From Bacteroidales bacterium (GTDB lineage: Bacteria > Bacteroidota > Bacteroidia > Bacteroidales > P3): a stretch of DNA of 43,056 nt. The stretch spans positions 1 to 43,056 of the forward strand of contig JAXFQM010000019.1 in assembly GCA_034178965.1 (NCBI GenBank), in the 5' to 3' direction. The notes below the pieces were generated by a model. It had not been told where the DNA came from. It did no database searches and saw only the letters and a program-made list of their open reading frames with translations. Made by a program: the position numbers and the translations under genes. Of the stretch, positions 16,838-26,552 are shown one piece after another; position 1 is the stretch's first letter; the number at the start of each line of letters is the position of its first letter.

Positions 16838-18297
16838 ACTGGTCGCGGCTTCAGTTTGCCGTTACCGCAGCCTACCACTGGTTGTTTGTTCCCCTCACTC
16901 TGGGGCTGGCGCTGGTGATGGCCGTCATGGAAACCATCTATGTGAGGACGGGCGACGACTTTTGGAAACGTACCGCGAAGTTCTGGATGAAGATTTTCGC
17001 CATCAACTTCGCCGTGGGCATCGCCACCGGTCTCATATTGGAATTCGAGTTCGGCACCAACTGGAGCAACTACTCCTGGCTGGTGGGCGACATATTCGGC
17101 GCGCCGCTCGCCATAGAAGGCATCTTCGCCTTTTTCATGGAAGCCACTTTCTTCGCCGTCATGTTCTTCGGATGGAACAAAGTGAGCAAAGGCTTTCACC
17201 TGGCCTCCACATGGCTCACAGGGATAGGAGCCACCGTATCGGCCTATTGGATATTGGTGGCAAACGGATGGATGCAGAACCCCGTGGGAACGGTGTTCAA
17301 CCCCGAAACGGTGCGCAACGAAATGACGTCGTTTTGGGAGGTAGCCGGCAACCCAGTGGCCGTCTCCAAGTTCTTCCACGCCGTAACGAGCGGATGGCTC
17401 ACGGGAGGCATCTTCACCATGGGAGTCAGCGCGTGGTATCTGCTGAAGGGGCGCCACGTAGAGTTCGCCCAAAAAAGCATGCTCGTGGGAGCCGCCGTGG
17501 CCTTGGTAGGCGGTGCCACAGTGATGTTGAGCGGAGACTCGTCGGGGGTGCATGCCGCTAAATACCAACCTATGAAACTGGCAGCTTGCGAGGGGCTGTA
17601 TGACGGCGGAACGAAGGCCTCCTTCTCCATAGTGCCGGGATGGGAAATGCCGGGCATGCTCTCCATACTCGCCACCCACGACCCAAACGGCTATGTGCCA
17701 GGCATAAACGACATTCTGCGCGGGTACACCAACCATGAGGGGGAACACATCCCCTCCGTGGAGGAAAAAATGGTGCGCGGTAAGGCCGTGCTATCCGCGT
17801 TGCAAACGTTTCGCAGCGCCGAAGCCACCCCACTACAAAAAGAGGAGGCAAGAGCCCTCATCGACAAAGACTCCAAATACATGGGCTATGGCCACCTGCA
17901 ACACGCGGAAGAGACCGTGCCGCCTGTGGGACTGGTCTATTGGGCTTTCCGCTGCATGGTGGGAACGGGCATGCTACTGATGCTCCTCGTCCTGCTGGCG
18001 CTGATATTCGCCTGGAAGAGAAAGTTGGAGGGGAAACGCTGGCTTCTCGTCTGCTGCATCGCGGCCATCCCGCTGGTGTACCTCTGCGGACAGGCAGGGT
18101 GGATTGTGGCGGAAGTGGGGCGCCAGCCTTGGGCCATACAAGACCTGCTGCCTGTGGGCAAAGCTGTGTCCAGTCTCAGCGTGGGCGCGGTGAAGACCAC
18201 CCTGTTCGTTTTCTTGGCGGTGTTCGCCTTCTTCTTGATAGCGGAAATAAGAATCATGCTTGGGGCCATCCGCAAAGGGCCCGAGGAACAGCATTAA
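16813..18297 (+). CDS. cydA: cytochrome bd ubiquinol oxidase subunit I
   Basis: 494 aa. The N-terminus ...[24 protein letters not shown] is collinear with E. coli CydA (...[22 protein letters not shown]). The C-terminal [15 protein letters not shown] motif is present. Confidence 0.92.
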   Translation: [494 protein letters not shown]

Positions 18298-18342
18298 CGT
18301 CTCCACCCCAAACAACACATAACTCTCAAACATATCGCAACC

Positions 18343-19479
18343 ATGACACTCGAATTTCTTCAACACTATTGGTTCATCGTCATCGCCACATTGGGAGGCC
18401 TGCTGGTGTTCCTCATGTTCGTGCAGGGCGCAAACACTCAACTCATCCATAAAGGCCTTACCAGTACGCAAAGGCGCATGATAGTCAACTCCACGGGGCG
18501 GAAATGGGAATTGGCATTCACATGTCTCGTCACCTTCGGTGGTGCCTTCTTCGCGTCGTTCCCCCTATTCTACAGCACCAGCTTCGGCGGCGCCTACTGG
18601 GTTTGGGTGCTCCTCCTCGTCACCTTCGTGTTCCAAGCCGTCAGTTACGAATTTCAAAACAAGAAAGAGAACCTGCTGGGCAGCCGAACCTTCCAATGGT
18701 TCCTTGCCTTGAACGGTTTGCTGGCACCTCTGCTCATCGGCACCGCGGTGGGAACTTTCTTCACTGGCAGCGACTTCAGCGTGGACAAGATGGCCATGGC
18801 GCAGAACATATCCCCCACCATCAGTGTTTGGGGCAACAGTTGGCACGGCTTGGAAGCCGTCCCCACGCCAGCCCTCTTCCTGGGGCTCACAGTGATGTTT
18901 CTTGACATGTGCCTCGGCTCGCTCTACATCATCAACAACATCGACGACGAAGCCACCCTTGCGCTAACCCGCAAAAGCCTGCGCTGGCAAAGCCTGCTTT
19001 TCCTCGCATCGCTTGTGGCGTGGCTTGCGTTCCTGTTCACCATGGAGGGATATGCCGTGGCAGAAGACGGCACCGTATTCTTCGCCGCAGGCAAATACCT
19101 GCGCAACCTCCTGCAAATGCCCGTCGTCGCGGCCCTCTTCCTACTGGGTGCCTTCATGGTTGTCGTTGGCATTTGGCAGGGAATTTTCACTCGGTCGGTG
19201 CGCGGCATTTGGCCCGCCGGAATGGGCACAGTGCTCGTTGTGGTGGCGCTTTTTATTGTAGCAGGGTTCAATGGCACTGCCTACTACCCTTCCTATTCCA
19301 ACCTGCAAAGTTCCTTGACGATAACGAACAGTTCCTCAAGCCTGTTCACGCTGAAAACCATGTTCTTCATCTCCCTGCTGGTGCCATTCGTCGTGGCTTA
19401 TATTGCTTTCGTTTGGCGCAAAATGGACCAGAAGCCCATCACCCCCGACGAAATCCAAGGCTCGGAAGACAAATATTGA
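18343..19479 (+). CDS. cydB: cytochrome bd ubiquinol oxidase subunit II
   Basis: 378 aa, polytopic. It follows cydA by 45 nt, and the N-terminus (LQHYWFIVIATLGGLLVFLMFVQGAN) is typical of CydB. Confidence 0.88.
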   Translation: MTLEFLQHYWFIVIATLGGLLVFLMFVQGANTQLIHKGLTSTQRRMIVNSTGRKWELAFTCLVTFGGAFFASFPLFYSTSFGGAYWVWVLLLVTFVFQAVSYEFQNKKENLLGSRTFQWFLALNGLLAPLLIGTAVGTFFTGSDFSVDKMAMAQNISPTISVWGNSWHGLEAVPTPALFLGLTVMFLDMCLGSLYIINNIDDEATLALTRKSLRWQSLLFLASLVAWLAFLFTMEGYAVAEDGTVFFAAGKYLRNLLQMPVVAALFLLGAFMVVVGIWQGIFTRSVRGIWPAGMGTVLVVVALFIVAGFNGTAYYPSYSNLQSSLTITNSSSSLFTLKTMFFISLLVPFVVAYIAFVWRKMDQKPITPDEIQGSEDKY

Positions 19480-19488
19480 CTCCCCGCT

Positions 19489-20235
19489 ATGCGAAAGAAG
19501 CAACTCAAAGAGGAACTTGACCTCCTGGCCCTGCGCTATGGCACGCCACTGTTCGTCAAGTCCGACCCGTTGCAGTTTCTTTGGCGGTTTACGGAGCACC
19601 GGGACATAGAAATAACCGCTGTGCTGGTGGCAGCAAACACTTGGGGTAGGCGCGACTTGATTATCCGCGCCTGCAACAGGCTGATGAACCTCATGGACAA
19701 CAGCCCGTCCCACTTTGTCTCGAAAGAACTTTACGAAGACATCCCGGACGAAGACAACGTCTACCGCACCTTTTTCGGACGCGACCTCAAATACTTTTGC
19801 CGCGGACTGAACGCCATCTATAGGGAACACGGCTCGCTGGAGACTCTCTTTGCCAAGGACAAAGAGAACATGTGGAACGGTATAGCCCTCTTTAGAGAGA
19901 CGCTGCGCCAAGCGAACGAACATGGCGGCTACAACAAGCACCTCGCGAACCCCGCAACCTCGGCTTGCAAGCGGCTGCATCTAATGCTGCGCTGGCTGGT
20001 GCGAGACGACAGAGTGGACCGGGGACTATGGAAGCAAATCTCGCCCAAACACCTGATGATACCGATGGACACGCACGTGTTCCACACCGCACGCAAAATG
20101 GGGTTGCTGAAGCAACCAACGCCCGGCAGAGCCGCCGTGGAGTCCCTCACGCACACTCTCCGCGCTTTCGACCCCAACGACCCCGTGAAGTACGACTTCG
20201 CTCTTTTTGGCTACGGCATCGAACATCACCTCTAA
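19489..20235 (+). CDS. TIGR02757 (DUF2400) family protein, function unknown
   Basis: 248 aa, starting 9 nt after the cydB stop. ...SACKRLHLMLRWLVRDDRVDRGLW...IPMDTHV matches my recollection of this family's conserved core. Confidence 0.7.
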   Translation: MRKKQLKEELDLLALRYGTPLFVKSDPLQFLWRFTEHRDIEITAVLVAANTWGRRDLIIRACNRLMNLMDNSPSHFVSKELYEDIPDEDNVYRTFFGRDLKYFCRGLNAIYREHGSLETLFAKDKENMWNGIALFRETLRQANEHGGYNKHLANPATSACKRLHLMLRWLVRDDRVDRGLWKQISPKHLMIPMDTHVFHTARKMGLLKQPTPGRAAVESLTHTLRAFDPNDPVKYDFALFGYGIEHHL

Positions 20236-20526
20236 TCCAATCTCCTTCACCCAAACTGGAATCTGCTCCACACGCCAAGACCCTTGTGCTCTGCCTCGCC
20301 TGCAAGGAAGAAACCAGCGAGAGACTGTCTGCGGGAAGATGCCTACGGCGCATACCTGCGTGTAACACCGCACCCACGACGCCTGCGCCAAGGCTGTCAC
20401 GCGCCATAGACAGTCTGGAGTAATGGTTTCTCCTTGAGCGGTCGCAGTACTGGAGAACAAGAAACGCTTCATCACCACCTTTTCAACCCAAAGACGAGTG
20501 GCGCGTAAGAAAAGGCCATTTGCACA

Positions 20527-20583
20527 CGTTCCTGCCACTCTTGCGGCGACAGGGCGAAAGCCACGCGCCATGTGGCAGGAACG
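20527..20583 (-). terminator. stem-loop downstream of dfx (weak terminator candidate)
   Basis: A perfect 12-bp stem joins cgttcctgccac (20527..20538) and gtggcaggaacg (20572..20583), with a 33-nt loop. It starts 26 nt past the dfx stop on the minus strand. No immediate U-tract follows. Confidence 0.3.
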
Positions 20584-20608
20584 CATGTTTTACTCCAAGA
20601 CTATGGCC

Positions 20609-20992
20609 TTACTTGGCCTCAGCCATCCAAAGGCCATGCAGGTTGCAGTACTCGTAGGCGGCTAACACCTTGTCGTCGGAAACAACGGCAAACGTGCAAA
20701 CGGGTTTCTCTCCTGGCTTCAAATATTTGATTTGCAAGCCAGTCTCGGTTTCGAGGGCTATCCACTGGATGTAATGGTTTTCCAGCATGGGATGTTCCAC
20801 ACTGCCCACCTTGACCGTAACCGTGTTGCCGTTCATTTCAATGACGGGCACATGCTTTTCGCCTGCGCCGTCGCTGGTATTAGGCATAAGCTCCTTCATA
20901 GGTTCGCCGCAGCATACCACGTTGGCAGGGCTTTTGTAAAGATGAGTGATGATGTTGCCGCAATGGTCACAACGATAGAATTTTGCTTTCAT
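20609..20992 (-). CDS. dfx: desulfoferrodoxin (class I superoxide reductase)
   Basis: 127 aa. The N-terminal desulforedoxin-like site is C..CGN...CC (YRCDHCGNIITH...VVCCGEPM). Centre II residues are EKHVP, H...H, and C.LHG.W at the C-terminus (YCNLHGLW). Confidence 0.9.
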   Translation of the reverse strand: MKAKFYRCDHCGNIITHLYKSPANVVCCGEPMKELMPNTSDGAGEKHVPVIEMNGNTVTVKVGSVEHPMLENHYIQWIALETETGLQIKYLKPGEKPVCTFAVVSDDKVLAAYEYCNLHGLWMAEAK

Positions 20993-21050
20993 TTCTTTTT
21001 CAGTTAGTTAATATTAATCATTGATATCCCATCCGTGGGACAATCTTTTG

Positions 21051-21058
21051 CAAAGATA
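21051..21058 (-). promoter_or_regulatory. -7 box TAtcTTTG (minus strand) for dfx
   Basis: caaagata sits in ttgcaaagatacgaaaatt, 59 nt upstream of the ATG at 20992. Confidence 0.5.
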
Positions 21059-21268
21059 CGAAAATTCATCGACATGGGGAAAAAATATGTCTCATTTTGT
21101 CGCAATTGCCCCCCGCAACAGAGGCGTCCCAACCTTCGCATTAGTTGCATTGTCCTCGCCCTCCCCGACTCCCGACGCGCCAACCCGTAAAAAAGGGCTG
21201 GGCGGCTTTCAAACGCATTTACCCTGTGGTGCTATCACCCACTTTCCGTTGGTGCCATATTACCCTTA

Positions 21269-21306
21269 CAGAAGCCTGTCGGTCACTGTCAGCCGGCAGG
21301 CTTCTG
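21269..21306. other. strong 14-bp stem-loop in the ribE-dfx spacer
   Basis: cagaagcctgtcgg (21269..21282) pairs with ccggcaggcttctg (21293..21306), including one G-U pair. The loop is 10 nt. On the plus strand ccttttgg follows. The hairpin lies about 100 nt downstream of the ribE stop on the minus strand. Confidence 0.5.
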
Positions 21307-21408
21307 CCTTTTGGGGCGGATTGCCACGCAAGGTATGCCCAATGAGGCAGTCTGGGAGCAAGGCCAAGGTGCTATTCAGTCACCCCCCTGCAATATCCCG
21401 CAGCACTC

Positions 21409-22029
21409 TCAATTCTTGGGGTCCAAGTTTATTATCCCTTGCGCCTCGAGCAGGCGTTGGATGTATTTGCCAAGGATGTCAAATTCTATGTTGACCACTG
21501 TGTCCACTTGGAAATTGTGGAAGTTGGTCACCTTGTGCGTATAAGGGATGATGGCGACAGAGAACATGCCCTTGTCGCTGTCCACCACGGTGAGACTGAC
21601 GCCGTTGATGCTGATGGAGCCTTTCGGCACGGTGATGAAGCCGCTTTTGGGTTCGTATTCGAAATAGTAGCGCCAGCTGCCGTTTTCGTCCACCACCTTG
21701 GTGCAGCGTGCCGTTTGGTCCACATGACCTTGCACAATGTGCCCGTCGAAGCGGCCTTCCATGGGCATGCTGCGCTCCACGTTCACCTCGGTGCCCGTTT
21801 TCCAGGTGTAGAGGTTAGTCTTGAGCATAGTTTCATCCATTGCGGTGACTACGTATTCCTTCCTATCCTTGTCCACGCTCACCACCGTGAGGCAGCAACC
21901 GTCGTGGGCCATGCTTTGGTCGGTCTTCAGTTCGTCGGCGAAGGGCACGGTAAGGGTGAAGTGGTAGTTTGTTCTGTCTTTCTCTATTTTCACGACGCGC
22001 GCCGTCGTTTCTATTATGCCTGTGAACAT
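21409..22029 (-). CDS. ribE: riboflavin synthase (alpha chain)
   Basis: 206 aa. Canonical MFTGIIE start, internal duplication, and ...GHIVQGHVD... and ...SLTV... motifs. Confidence 0.9.
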   Translation of the reverse strand: MFTGIIETTARVVKIEKDRTNYHFTLTVPFADELKTDQSMAHDGCCLTVVSVDKDRKEYVVTAMDETMLKTNLYTWKTGTEVNVERSMPMEGRFDGHIVQGHVDQTARCTKVVDENGSWRYYFEYEPKSGFITVPKGSISINGVSLTVVDSDKGMFSVAIIPYTHKVTNFHNFQVDTVVNIEFDILGKYIQRLLEAQGIINLDPKN

Positions 22030-22097
22030 GGTTCTAATATGGGTTTTGAAAGTGATAGTGTCGTTTTATTTGGCGTATTCGGCGCTTGTGCGCACGC

Positions 22098-24278
22098 CTA
22101 TTTAAAGAAGTCTTCGTAGTACTGGAACATCTTTTCGTAGAGGTGGATGCGGTCGTACCCTATTACGTTGTGTTCGTGGTGCGGGTAGACGAAATAGTCC
22201 ACTTGCTTTCCCGCCTTGATGCAGGCTTGCACAAATTCCAAACTATTTTGCCACACCACGGTGTTGTCCTCCGCACCGTGAATGACCAGCAGGCGTCCCT
22301 GCAAGTCCTTTGCCTTGTTCAAGAGCGAGTTTGCGGCGTATCCGTCGGGGTTTTCCTGCGGCGTGTCCATATAGCGTTCGCCGTACATAATTTCATACCA
22401 TTTCCAGTCTACTACGGGACCTCCTGCGCATCCCACCTTAAAGATTTCGGGGTGCGCCAATTTCATGGTAATCGTCATGAAACCTCCGAAACTCCAGCCC
22501 TCCACGCCCATGCGACTGGTGTCCACGAAAGGTAGACTTTGGAGGTACTTCACGCCTTGCATTTGGTCGGCCAGTTCAATGTCACCCAAGCGACGGTGCG
22601 TGACGCTTTCAAACTCGAAGCCGCGGTTATCGGTGCCTCGGTTGTCCAAGGTGAACACCACGTAGCCTTGTTGCGCGAGGAATGCCATGTATAGTCCAGC
22701 TCCCGCCATCCAACTATCAGTGACGAGTTGCGAATGTGGGCCTCCATAGACGTATACAAGTGTGGGGTATTTCTTGCCGGGTTCCATATTGGGTGGCGTG
22801 ATGAGGCGGTAGTAGAGGTCGGTCTTTCCGTCGTCGGCCTTTAGGGTGCTCAGTTTGAATCCTGGCATGGCATAGCCCTTCAAGGGGTTCTCTGCCACGA
22901 AGAGGGTGTCAATGGCCTTGCCCTTGGCGTTGCGCGCCACGGCCGTAGCAGGCACGTCGACGGCGCTCCACAAGTCCACTATTTGAGTGCCGTCCTTGCT
23001 CACATATACGGTGTGAGTGCCTTCGACGGGGGTGAGACTTGTCATGGCTCCGCTTTTCATGTCCACGCGATGTGCGCCCCGTCCAGCAAGGTTGTCCTTG
23101 TTGGCGTAGACGAACAAGTTTTCACCTTTCTCATCAAAGCCTATAACGGCCTGCACCTCGTATTCGCCCCGCGTAAGCTGGCGCAGCAAGGTGGCAGAGC
23201 ATCCCGTCGCGCCATAGGTCACCTTGTATTGGTAGAGGTGCTTGTATCCGTCGCGCATGCTAAACCATAAAAAGTCGCTATTAGAACCTGGTAGGAAATA
23301 AAGCCCTTCACATGGCTCTACGTACCTGTCGTCGGTTTCCTCAAACAGCACCCCTTCCTTTTTTCCCGTGGCCGCGTCGTAACTTTCCAGCCACATGTGG
23401 TTTTGCTGTCGGTTCACTTTGGCTATATAGAGATGCTTTTCGTCGGGGCTCCAGGTGACGTTGGTGAGGAACATTTCGCGTTCCGCCACGCTGGTGTCCT
23501 TGCGCGTGTCGAGGTAGACCACATTGCCGTTTGCGGGGTTGCACACTCCCACCGTCACCTCGTGGCTTTTCATTCCCGCCATGGGATACTTGAACGGCGC
23601 TGGCGTGGCGATGCGCGTGGCGGTGTTTACCATGGGGTAGTCCGTCACCATGCTTTGGTCCATGCGATAGAATGCCAGCAGATTGCCCTGTGGACTCCAG
23701 AAAGTACCTTTGCTGATGCCAAATTCATTGCGGTGCACACTTTGGCCATAGACCACGCCGGCTTCCTCGTTGCCCACTACTATTTCCTCTTTGCTGCCTT
23801 TCTCGCCCACGCGCAGGCTGTTGCCGCTTGTGTAAGCGTAGCGCTTATAGTCGGGAGAGAAATCTAAGCCGGGCTTGTCGCCCCCAAGTGTTTCTACACG
23901 GTTGGCCTTGAGGTTGAAACATACCAACTTGCTGTCTACGTAGAAATACATTTCCTCTTCGTTCTTAAAAAAGAAGTAGGGCATGCGTCCCATTTCCTCC
24001 GCGGCTCCCGAGACGCGGAGCGCGCCATTGAGTTGCTTGAGCGTGAGGACGGGCTTCATCTTGCCCGCCTTGCCCATGAAGAGCACACTGTCGTTGCTGT
24101 ACGCAAGTTTGTTTCCAGCAAACTGCACACTGCGCAAGGGACGTTCTGGGTAGAGTTCGCGGCTCATGAGTTGTTTGCTGCCCAGCAACTTTTCCTGTGC
24201 TACGGCGGGGCATACCGCGGCCAGCATGGCAAGGATAAGGATTATCTTGTTTTTGGCATTGGTTTGGGTTTTGCTCAT
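22098..24278 (-). CDS. S9 family serine peptidase, dipeptidyl-peptidase IV-like
   Basis: 726 aa with a signal peptide. It has a DPP-IV N-terminal beta-propeller-type region and a C-terminal alpha/beta-hydrolase domain with the nucleophile elbow GWSFGG. The distal ...HGAEDNTV... and ...HEHN... are consistent with an Asp/His triad. Confidence 0.85.
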   Translation of the reverse strand: MSKTQTNAKNKIILILAMLAAVCPAVAQEKLLGSKQLMSRELYPERPLRSVQFAGNKLAYSNDSVLFMGKAGKMKPVLTLKQLNGALRVSGAAEEMGRMPYFFFKNEEEMYFYVDSKLVCFNLKANRVETLGGDKPGLDFSPDYKRYAYTSGNSLRVGEKGSKEEIVVGNEEAGVVYGQSVHRNEFGISKGTFWSPQGNLLAFYRMDQSMVTDYPMVNTATRIATPAPFKYPMAGMKSHEVTVGVCNPANGNVVYLDTRKDTSVAEREMFLTNVTWSPDEKHLYIAKVNRQQNHMWLESYDAATGKKEGVLFEETDDRYVEPCEGLYFLPGSNSDFLWFSMRDGYKHLYQYKVTYGATGCSATLLRQLTRGEYEVQAVIGFDEKGENLFVYANKDNLAGRGAHRVDMKSGAMTSLTPVEGTHTVYVSKDGTQIVDLWSAVDVPATAVARNAKGKAIDTLFVAENPLKGYAMPGFKLSTLKADDGKTDLYYRLITPPNMEPGKKYPTLVYVYGGPHSQLVTDSWMAGAGLYMAFLAQQGYVVFTLDNRGTDNRGFEFESVTHRRLGDIELADQMQGVKYLQSLPFVDTSRMGVEGWSFGGFMTITMKLAHPEIFKVGCAGGPVVDWKWYEIMYGERYMDTPQENPDGYAANSLLNKAKDLQGRLLVIHGAEDNTVVWQNSLEFVQACIKAGKQVDYFVYPHHEHNVIGYDRIHLYEKMFQYYEDFFK

Positions 24279-24333
24279 GGAAAGAGGTTATGTGTTTTAG
24301 GGGTTAATCTGACTGATATGAATATGGGTGTGA

Positions 24334-25059
24334 TTAATAGTTTTTCCAGTTTCTGAAGCGCAGGTCGAAAACGCCGAAGAAGGCTTCTTTGAATATCTTC
24401 ATGCTCATCTTGGAGACGCCCAGCACGCGATCCGTGAATATGATGGGCACCTCGCACACCTTGAAACCAAGGCGCGTGGCGGTGTATTTCATTTCTATTT
24501 GGAAGGCGTAGCCGACGAACTTCACCTTGTCGAACTTCACCTTTTCCAGCACGCGCCTACTCCAGCACACGAAACCCGCCGTGGAGTCGCACACCCTCAT
24601 GCCCGTCACTGCGCGCACATACTTGCTGGCGTAATAACTCATCATCAGCCTCCCCATGGGCCAGTTCACCACGCTGATTTTGCCGTCCACATAGCGGCTT
24701 CCCACCGCCACGTCACCCTTGCCATCGAGTATGGCTTGCCGCAGCCGCGGCAGGTCGTCGGGATTGTGCGAGAAGTCGGCGTCCATCTCGGTAAGGAACT
24801 CATATCCATGTTGCAGCCCCCATCTAAAGCCTTCGAGATAAGCCGTGCCCAGTCCCAACTTGCCTTTGCGCTCTTTGATGAAGAGACGTTCAGGGTATTC
24901 CAGCATCAAGCGTTTCACTATGTCAGCGGTGCCGTCGGGCGAGTTGTCCTCTATGATAAGCATGTCGAAGTTTTCCCCCAGAGACATTACTTTTCTGATG
25001 ATTTTCTCTATGTTCTCCTTTTCATTGTATGTTGGAGTAATAACAAGGCTGTCAGACAT
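24334..25059 (-). CDS. polyprenol monophosphomannose synthase (GT2, Dpm1-like)
   Basis: 241 aa. Motifs seen: VITPTYNEKENI, IIEDNSPDGT, and EMDADFSH (DxD-type). Confidence 0.85.
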   Translation of the reverse strand: MSDSLVITPTYNEKENIEKIIRKVMSLGENFDMLIIEDNSPDGTADIVKRLMLEYPERLFIKERKGKLGLGTAYLEGFRWGLQHGYEFLTEMDADFSHNPDDLPRLRQAILDGKGDVAVGSRYVDGKISVVNWPMGRLMMSYYASKYVRAVTGMRVCDSTAGFVCWSRRVLEKVKFDKVKFVGYAFQIEMKYTATRLGFKVCEVPIIFTDRVLGVSKMSMKIFKEAFFGVFDLRFRNWKNY

Positions 25060-25114
25060 ATATATTAATTATTCTTTATCAATAGGGCCTATATCCCTTT
25101 CTTTTTTCGGTTTA

Positions 25115-25122
25115 CAAAGGTA
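25115..25122 (-). promoter_or_regulatory. -7 box TAccTTTG (minus strand)
   Basis: caaaggta sits in tacaaaggtacgattttttt, 56 nt upstream of the ATG at 25059. Confidence 0.45.
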
Positions 25123-25174
25123 CGATTTTTTTCTTTCATGGCGCAAAAATTTGTTTCCCCTTCCTTATCTAAAT

Positions 25175-26275
25175 CTAAACAATCATTCCGCTGGCCAACA
25201 CGCGTCGCGCCTCGTTGTCGTATATGGTTCCGTATTGCCCTGGCGCTATACCTTGTATGCGTTCTTCACTGGCGATGCTCACGCGGTCGCCCTCGCGAGA
25301 AAGGCGTCCCTGCGAGAAGGCGGGGGTGTGGCGTATTTTGAACTTCACGGGTATGGTGCCGTCCGCGTCTGGTTTGGGCAGGAAGCGTTCCGCTCCTGGG
25401 GAAAGGAAGCGGAAGCCGGCCAGTTTCACCACGTGGCCATACTGCGTGGCGGGGTCGTAGCCCTGCGACACGTACAGCACGTTGTTTTCAATGTCCTTTT
25501 TCACCACAAACCAAGGCCCCCCTCCGAGGCAAAGGCCTTTGCGTTGCCCTATGGTGTGGAACCAATAACCTTTGTGCTTCCCTATCGTCTTGCCCGTTTC
25601 CAGTTCCACGATGTCGCCCTCCTTCTCGCCCAAGTAGCGGCGCAGGAAATCGTTGTAGTTGATCTTTCCGAGGAAACAAATCCCTTGGCTGTCCTTGCGT
25701 TCTGCGCAAGGTAGGGCGGCGCGGCGGGCTATGTCGCGCACCTCGCTCTTCATCATGCCGCCGATGGGGAACATGGCCTTGGCTATTTGGGGATAGGAAA
25801 GTTGCGAGAGGAAGTCGGTTTGGTCCTTCACGGGGTCCTTGGCCGTGCCGAGATAGGCCACGCCGTCCAGCATTTCGGTGGTGGCATAGTGCCCCGTGGC
25901 TATGCGGTCGAAATCGTGCCCCCATTTCTCTTCAAAAGCGCCGAACTTTATCATTCGGTTGCACATCATGTCGGGATGCGGCGTAAGTCCGTGCCGCACG
26001 GCGTCGATGGCATAGCGCACCACACGGTCCCAATAGTCTTCCTGCAGCGACACCTCTTCCACCTTCAGACCATATTTCTTGCCTATGTAGGAGACTATCT
26101 CCATGTCTTCCTCGTGGGGGCAGTCCACATATCCCTCCTTTTCCTCCATGCCTATGCGGATGTAGAAAAGGACGGGGTCATAGCCCTGCTCCTTCAGCAG
26201 ATGGACCACCACGCTGCTGTCCACTCCGCCCGATGCCAATACCGCTATTTCCTTGCCCATTGTAATCCTTGTCAA
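25175..26275 (-). CDS. mnmA: tRNA 2-thiouridine(34) synthase
   Basis: 366 aa. It has the PP-loop SGGVDSS and ...DSQGICFLG.... An alternative start (MGKEIAVL...) lies at 26260. Confidence 0.9.
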   Translation of the reverse strand: MTRITMGKEIAVLASGGVDSSVVVHLLKEQGYDPVLFYIRIGMEEKEGYVDCPHEEDMEIVSYIGKKYGLKVEEVSLQEDYWDRVVRYAIDAVRHGLTPHPDMMCNRMIKFGAFEEKWGHDFDRIATGHYATTEMLDGVAYLGTAKDPVKDQTDFLSQLSYPQIAKAMFPIGGMMKSEVRDIARRAALPCAERKDSQGICFLGKINYNDFLRRYLGEKEGDIVELETGKTIGKHKGYWFHTIGQRKGLCLGGGPWFVVKKDIENNVLYVSQGYDPATQYGHVVKLAGFRFLSPGAERFLPKPDADGTIPVKFKIRHTPAFSQGRLSREGDRVSIASEERIQGIAPGQYGTIYDNEARRVLASGMIV

Positions 26276-26519
26276 ATATTCTCTTTGATTTCTATCGTTA
26301 GTGACAATGTCTACCTTTAGGAATATAACGCTGGAACGATGTTTTTATTGTGTGTAGGTGCAAATATTTATGTCTCCCTGCGTTGCATCCACAAGGTGTC
26401 GGCGCGGCTTTCCCACGTCACGCATCCCTTCCTGTCCTGTTGACGGCGACTTGGCGACGGACAGGCTGCACCGCCTGGGCCGTTATCTTCGACCGTGGTG
26501 GGAGATAAGCAGGAGATGA

Positions 26520-26552
26520 GTGCTGCCACGGTGCTGCCGCGGTGCCCGCTGA
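26520..26552. repeat. three tandem 11-mers (GTGCTGCCACG-like), third copy of the GGCAGCACCGT repeat family
   Basis: GTGC starts at 26520, 26531 and 26542. The reverse complement of 26520..26536 equals 1639..1655 exactly (17 nt, cagcaccgtggcagcac). The site lies about 50 nt downstream of the MBL-hydrolase stop on the minus strand. Confidence 0.65.

Noticed and set aside
20026-20586. 186-aa minus-strand ORF spanning the TIGR02757 3' end and the downstream gap
   Set aside because: More than half of it lies antisense to a conserved gene, and its composition is Arg/Ala/Val-rich. An internal MKRFLFSS... stretch looks superficially signal-like but has no hydrophobic core.
21021-21494. 157-aa ORF in the dfx-ribE spacer
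   Set aside because: It is Pro/Ser/Ala-rich, lacks a motif or plausible start context, contains the dfx promoter box at its 5' end and overlaps the ribE 3' end.
22030-22097. Possible FMN riboswitch upstream of ribE
   Set aside because: Only 68 nt separate ribE from the upstream DPP-IV gene, and none of the conserved FMN-element blocks are visible. ribE is probably read through from upstream or uses a simple promoter.
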